64,000 nt of DNA from positions 391,949 through 455,948 of the forward strand of contig CAVZSF010000005.1 in assembly GCA_963777895.1 (NCBI GenBank), in the 5' to 3' direction. Every line of letters starts with the position of its first letter. The first letter of the stretch is position 1. Position numbers and translations under genes: made by a program. This stretch comes from an uncultured Thermoleophilia bacterium. GTDB lineage: Bacteria; Actinomycetota; Thermoleophilia; UBA2241. Below, piece after piece: positions 60,780 through 64,000 of the stretch. Below the pieces are notes generated by a model. The model searched no databases. It saw nothing but the letters and a program-made list of their open reading frames with translations, and was not told where the DNA came from.

Positions 60780-61190
60780 GTGAACCACGTCCAGTTCCAT
60801 GAGGAGAAGTGCATCGCGTGCGACATGTGCTCGCAGGTCTGCGCGCTGAGCAAGCTCGACCGGGTGCAGACTGCCGGAGCGTGCATCAAGATCACCCGGG
60901 ACCCTTCGGAGTACATGGGCGGCATGCGCTGTTCCGTGTGCGACATGTCGCACGACAGGGTCTGCGTCGACGCGTGTCCCACGGAGGCCTTGGTGTACGA
61001 CGAGGCCGCCGGGGTGATCAGGTTCGTGCAGGACCTCTGCAGCGAGTGCGACGCTTGCCTCGACGCGTGTCCGCACGTCCATGTCGACGCCGTCACCCAC
61101 AGGATCATGATCTGTGACCTCTGCGACGGCGATCCCCTTTGCGTCCAGTGGTGTCCCGAAGGCGCGCTCACGTGGGAGGCTCGGTCATGA
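60780..61190 (+). CDS. 4Fe-4S polyferredoxin (electron-transfer subunit for AOR)
   Basis: Several CxxCxxCxxxCP clusters: CIACDMCSQVCA, CSVCDMSHDRVCVDACP, CSECDACLDACP, CDLCDGDPLCVQWCP. Confidence 0.75.
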   Translation: MNHVQFHEEKCIACDMCSQVCALSKLDRVQTAGACIKITRDPSEYMGGMRCSVCDMSHDRVCVDACPTEALVYDEAAGVIRFVQDLCSECDACLDACPHVHVDAVTHRIMICDLCDGDPLCVQWCPEGALTWEARS

Positions 61191-63001
61191 AGTACGGCGG
61201 CTACACCGGCAAGTTCCTCACCGTCGATCTGAGCGCCCGGTCCTTCGGCGAGATGCCGGTGACAGATGAGCTCGCCGAGCACTATCTCGGCGGTCGCGGG
61301 TTCGTCGCCAAGCTGCTCTACGACTTGCTGCCTCGCGGCATCGACCCGCTCGGCCCCGAGAACGTGATCGTCTTCGCGACCGGGCCGGCAACGGGCACGA
61401 TGATCCCGACCGCGAGTCGCATCGCGGTGGGCGTGAAGAGCCCGCAGACCGGCACGATCTCGGCGAGCTACATGGGCGGGCACTTCGGCCCGGAGCTCAA
61501 GTACGCGGGCTGGGACGGCATCGTCATCACGGGCGTCTCCGAGAGCCCGGTGACGCTGGTCGTCGACGACGACCGGATCGAGCTACGGGATGCGACGGCG
61601 CTCTGGGGCAAGGACACCGTCGAAGCCCAGGCTCTCCTGTCGCGCGATCTCGGCGAGGACTTCAAGACGGGCGCCATCGGGCCCGGCGGTGAGAACGGCG
61701 TCGTGTACGGCACGTTCATGCACGTGCAGCACGCCGCCGGCCGCGGCGGCCCGGGAGCCGTGTTCGGCAGCAAGAGGCTCAAGGCCGTGGCGGTCCGCGG
61801 CACCGGCGGCGTACGCGTCAGCGGCCCGACCGCCGACTACATCGCGGCCTGTAAGGAGCTGCACGACATCATCATGGAGAACCCCGTGCGCCCCGCCTTC
61901 CGGTGGGCGGGCACGACCGGCATGCTGCCCGTCGTGAACGAAGCGGTCGGCCTGCCATACAGGAACCACCAGGACGACCGCGCCCCTGACGTCGCCCCCA
62001 TCCACAACGAGGAGCTCGCGAAGTACGTGCAGCACTACGAGGCCTGCAGCGGGTGCAACGTGATCTGCGGCTCGGTGGTCGAGTTCGAACGCAACGGCAA
62101 GGCGTACCGGTCCGAGCGCATCGAGCACGAGTCGATGTGGGCGCTCGGACCGAACTGCGGCATCGTCGACCTCCCGGCGATCATGGAGGCCAACTGGCTC
62201 TGCGACCGCCTGGGCATCGACACGATGAGCGCGGGGTCTGCGATCGCCTGGGCCATGGAGATGACCGAGAAGGGCCTGCTCACCTCCGCAGACACCGACG
62301 GCCTCGACTTCACGTTCGGCAACGCCGACGTCCTCAGCGAGGCCGTGACCCGCATCGCGGCGAAGCAGGGCTTTGGTGAAGCGCTCGCGCAGGGTGCGCG
62401 CGGCGCGGCGCGGCGCTTCGGCAAGGGCGAGGAATACGCGATGCAGGTGAAGGGCCTGGACCTGTCGGCTTACGCGCCGCGGGCCTTCAGTGGCATGGGG
62501 CTCTCGTTCGCCACGACCGCTCGAGGCGCCGATCACAACAAGGCCTTCACCGTCGCGGCCGAGTTTCTCGGCGTGCTCGGCGACTACGATCGGTTCTCGC
62601 TCGAGGGCAAGCCTCATCTCGTCAAGACGATGCAGGACAGCACGGCGATCATCGACTCGCTGATCATGTGCATGTTCACCGTCGACCTGGGCATCAGCGT
62701 TGAGCTGTACGCGCGCTGCGCGAGCCTTCCGACCGGCATGCAGATCACGGCTGACGACGTGTACACGATCGGCGAGCGCATCAACACCGTGGAGCGCCTC
62801 TTCAACATGCAGGAGGGCTTCACGCGCAGCGACGACACCCTGCCTCGGCGGTTCGCGAGCGAAGCGGCGCCGTCGGACGAGGGACAGCACACGCTCGACG
62901 TCGATGCGGTGATGGACGAGTACTACGCCGAGCGCGAATGGGACGCCGCCGGCAACCCGACTCTCGAGCTGCTGGACCGGCTCGGCATCGGGTCGGCATG
63001 A
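61187..63001 (+). CDS. Tungsten-containing aldehyde:ferredoxin oxidoreductase (AOR family)
   Basis: MKYGGYTGKFLTVDLS N-terminus. 605 aa with AOR family conservation throughout. ATGA overlaps the ferredoxin stop. Confidence 0.9.
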   Translation: MKYGGYTGKFLTVDLSARSFGEMPVTDELAEHYLGGRGFVAKLLYDLLPRGIDPLGPENVIVFATGPATGTMIPTASRIAVGVKSPQTGTISASYMGGHFGPELKYAGWDGIVITGVSESPVTLVVDDDRIELRDATALWGKDTVEAQALLSRDLGEDFKTGAIGPGGENGVVYGTFMHVQHAAGRGGPGAVFGSKRLKAVAVRGTGGVRVSGPTADYIAACKELHDIIMENPVRPAFRWAGTTGMLPVVNEAVGLPYRNHQDDRAPDVAPIHNEELAKYVQHYEACSGCNVICGSVVEFERNGKAYRSERIEHESMWALGPNCGIVDLPAIMEANWLCDRLGIDTMSAGSAIAWAMEMTEKGLLTSADTDGLDFTFGNADVLSEAVTRIAAKQGFGEALAQGARGAARRFGKGEEYAMQVKGLDLSAYAPRAFSGMGLSFATTARGADHNKAFTVAAEFLGVLGDYDRFSLEGKPHLVKTMQDSTAIIDSLIMCMFTVDLGISVELYARCASLPTGMQITADDVYTIGERINTVERLFNMQEGFTRSDDTLPRRFASEAAPSDEGQHTLDVDAVMDEYYAEREWDAAGNPTLELLDRLGIGSA

Positions 63002-63013
63002 GGTGAGGCGTGG

Positions 63014-63253
63014 ATGACCGTGAAGGTCGTGCTGTTCGGCAACCTTGCGCGCCTGCTGCCAGAGGGGTCGACCCACAACAGCGCGCTCGTGACGGTGGAA
63101 CACGGAGCGACCGTGGAAACGTTGCTGGACGGCCTGGGCGTGCCGCCCGACAGTCGGGGCTACGTGACTGTGAACGGCGAGCACTCCGTTCGGGACACGG
63201 TTCTCAACGAGGCCGACGAGGTGCGCGTGATCGTGCCTCTGTGCGGGGGTTGA
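63014..63253 (+). CDS. MoaD/ThiS family sulfur-carrier protein
   Basis: 79 aa ending in GG with a beta-grasp pattern. Confidence 0.7.
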   Translation: MTVKVVLFGNLARLLPEGSTHNSALVTVEHGATVETLLDGLGVPPDSRGYVTVNGEHSVRDTVLNEADEVRVIVPLCGG

Positions 63254-63338
63254 GGACCTTGCCGAGCCGGGGAGGGGGCGCAGGAAGGTGAAGGACCATG
63301 GAGACGATCGCGGCGCGGGCACGGCCGAGCTCGTGAGG

Positions 63339-64000
63339 CCGAGGGCGCGCAGGGGCGGCATCCCGCTCTACTACCGTGTGATGCGAGACCTCAAGGAGCA
63401 GATCGTCTCGGGCAGGCTGGCGCCGGGTGACCGGCTACCGTCCGAGACGGAATTCACGCATCGCTACTCGGTGAGCCGTGTGGTCGTGCGGCGCGCCCTG
63501 CAGATCCTTCAGGAGCAGGGTCTGGTCATCAGGCTAAAGGGCAAGGGCACGTATGTCGCCAAGGGGAACGCTCGCGAGGCGACGCTGCGCGTGAGCGGCA
63601 GCCTCGAGGACCTCATCCAGATCGGCGCGGGCACCACCATCAAGGTGGTCGAGTTCCGCATGGTCAAGATCAGCCAGGACGTTGCCGAGGTGTTTGGTGA
63701 CACCGAAGGCGACGACATCTTCCACGTCAAGCGCGTGCGCTTCGTCGGAGGCAGTCCGCTGGCCGTGATGAAGAACTACGTGCCGTACTCGATCGCCTCG
63801 TGCATCTCGTTGAACGAACTCACCACGACGCCCCTGATCACGCTCATCGAGGAGCGCGGTGGCTGCCGGATCGAGTGGGCCTCGCAGGTCTTTCAGGCGG
63901 TCGCCGCCGACGACGAGCTGGCGGATCTGCTCGAGGTGGACACGCTGACGCCGCTGCTCAAGCTCACCCTGACCGTCTACTCGACCGAGGGGCGCGTGGT
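63339..64000 (+). CDS. GntR/HutC family transcriptional regulator, 3'-partial (runs off the window)
   Basis: Read by hand in frame 0 from GTG 63339 (or ATG 63381). The HTH reads LPSETEFTHRYSVSRVVVRRALQILQEQGLV and is followed by a UTRA domain. No stop occurs before the window end. Confidence 0.75.

Noticed and set aside
61583-63361. 592 aa minus-strand ORF opposite the AOR gene
   Set aside because: Antisense artefact. AOR on the + strand is conserved end-to-end.

Overview
Contents: this 64 kb window comes from a very high-GC (~70%) bacterial chromosome that looks actinobacterial (Rex, F420-type reductase, DasR/DasABC-like aminosugar locus, GT39 Pmt-like transferase, hemB/hemL). It looks like ordinary dense chromosome, with about 60 protein-coding genes on both strands. 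No rRNA, tRNA, CRISPR array, transposase or phage gene was recognised.

Gene content, 5' to 3':
- a partial S1 serine protease;
- a large secreted PHP-domain protein with three tandem ~300 bp cadherin-like repeats;
- M42 peptidase, an AOX-like diiron protein, a CocE/NonD hydrolase, MarR and an F420-type reductase;
- a DasR-like GntR regulator with nagB, a PfkB kinase and a GH4 hydrolase, divergent from a DasABC/MsiK-like sugar ABC transporter;
- an aldo-keto reductase and a VOC protein;
- a five-gene translationally coupled envelope-glycosylation operon (GtrA fused to an HprK-like P-loop domain, GT39, membrane phosphoesterase, membrane protein, GH99-like hydrolase);
- a flavinylation-type module (ferric-reductase-like membrane protein, ApbE, two small exported proteins) divergent from an OmpR/histidine-kinase pair;
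- an FSA/transaldolase, an ABC-2 exporter, and paaK with a livKHMGF transporter;
- an orphan B12-binding radical SAM gene, an MFS transporter and a DUF4388 protein;
- a heme island: hemB, an AhbD/NirJ-like SPASM radical SAM gene, five GNAT domains in three tandem genes, hemL and rex;
- a BMP-family ABC transporter followed by a class V aminotransferase, polyferredoxin, tungsten-type aldehyde:ferredoxin oxidoreductase, MoaD and a partial GntR gene.

A recurring technical feature: at least 12 single-nucleotide frameshifts interrupt otherwise conserved genes, mostly at short G/C runs. This points to homopolymer consensus errors rather than pseudogenes, so frameshifted genes are annotated here as intact CDSs with notes.

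Most novel-looking loci:
- the GtrA-HprK-like/GT39/GH99-like operon;
- the ApbE-associated transmembrane electron-transfer module;
- the SPASM radical SAM plus GNAT array inside the heme cluster;
- the aminotransferase/W-AOR/MoaD amine-oxidation module.
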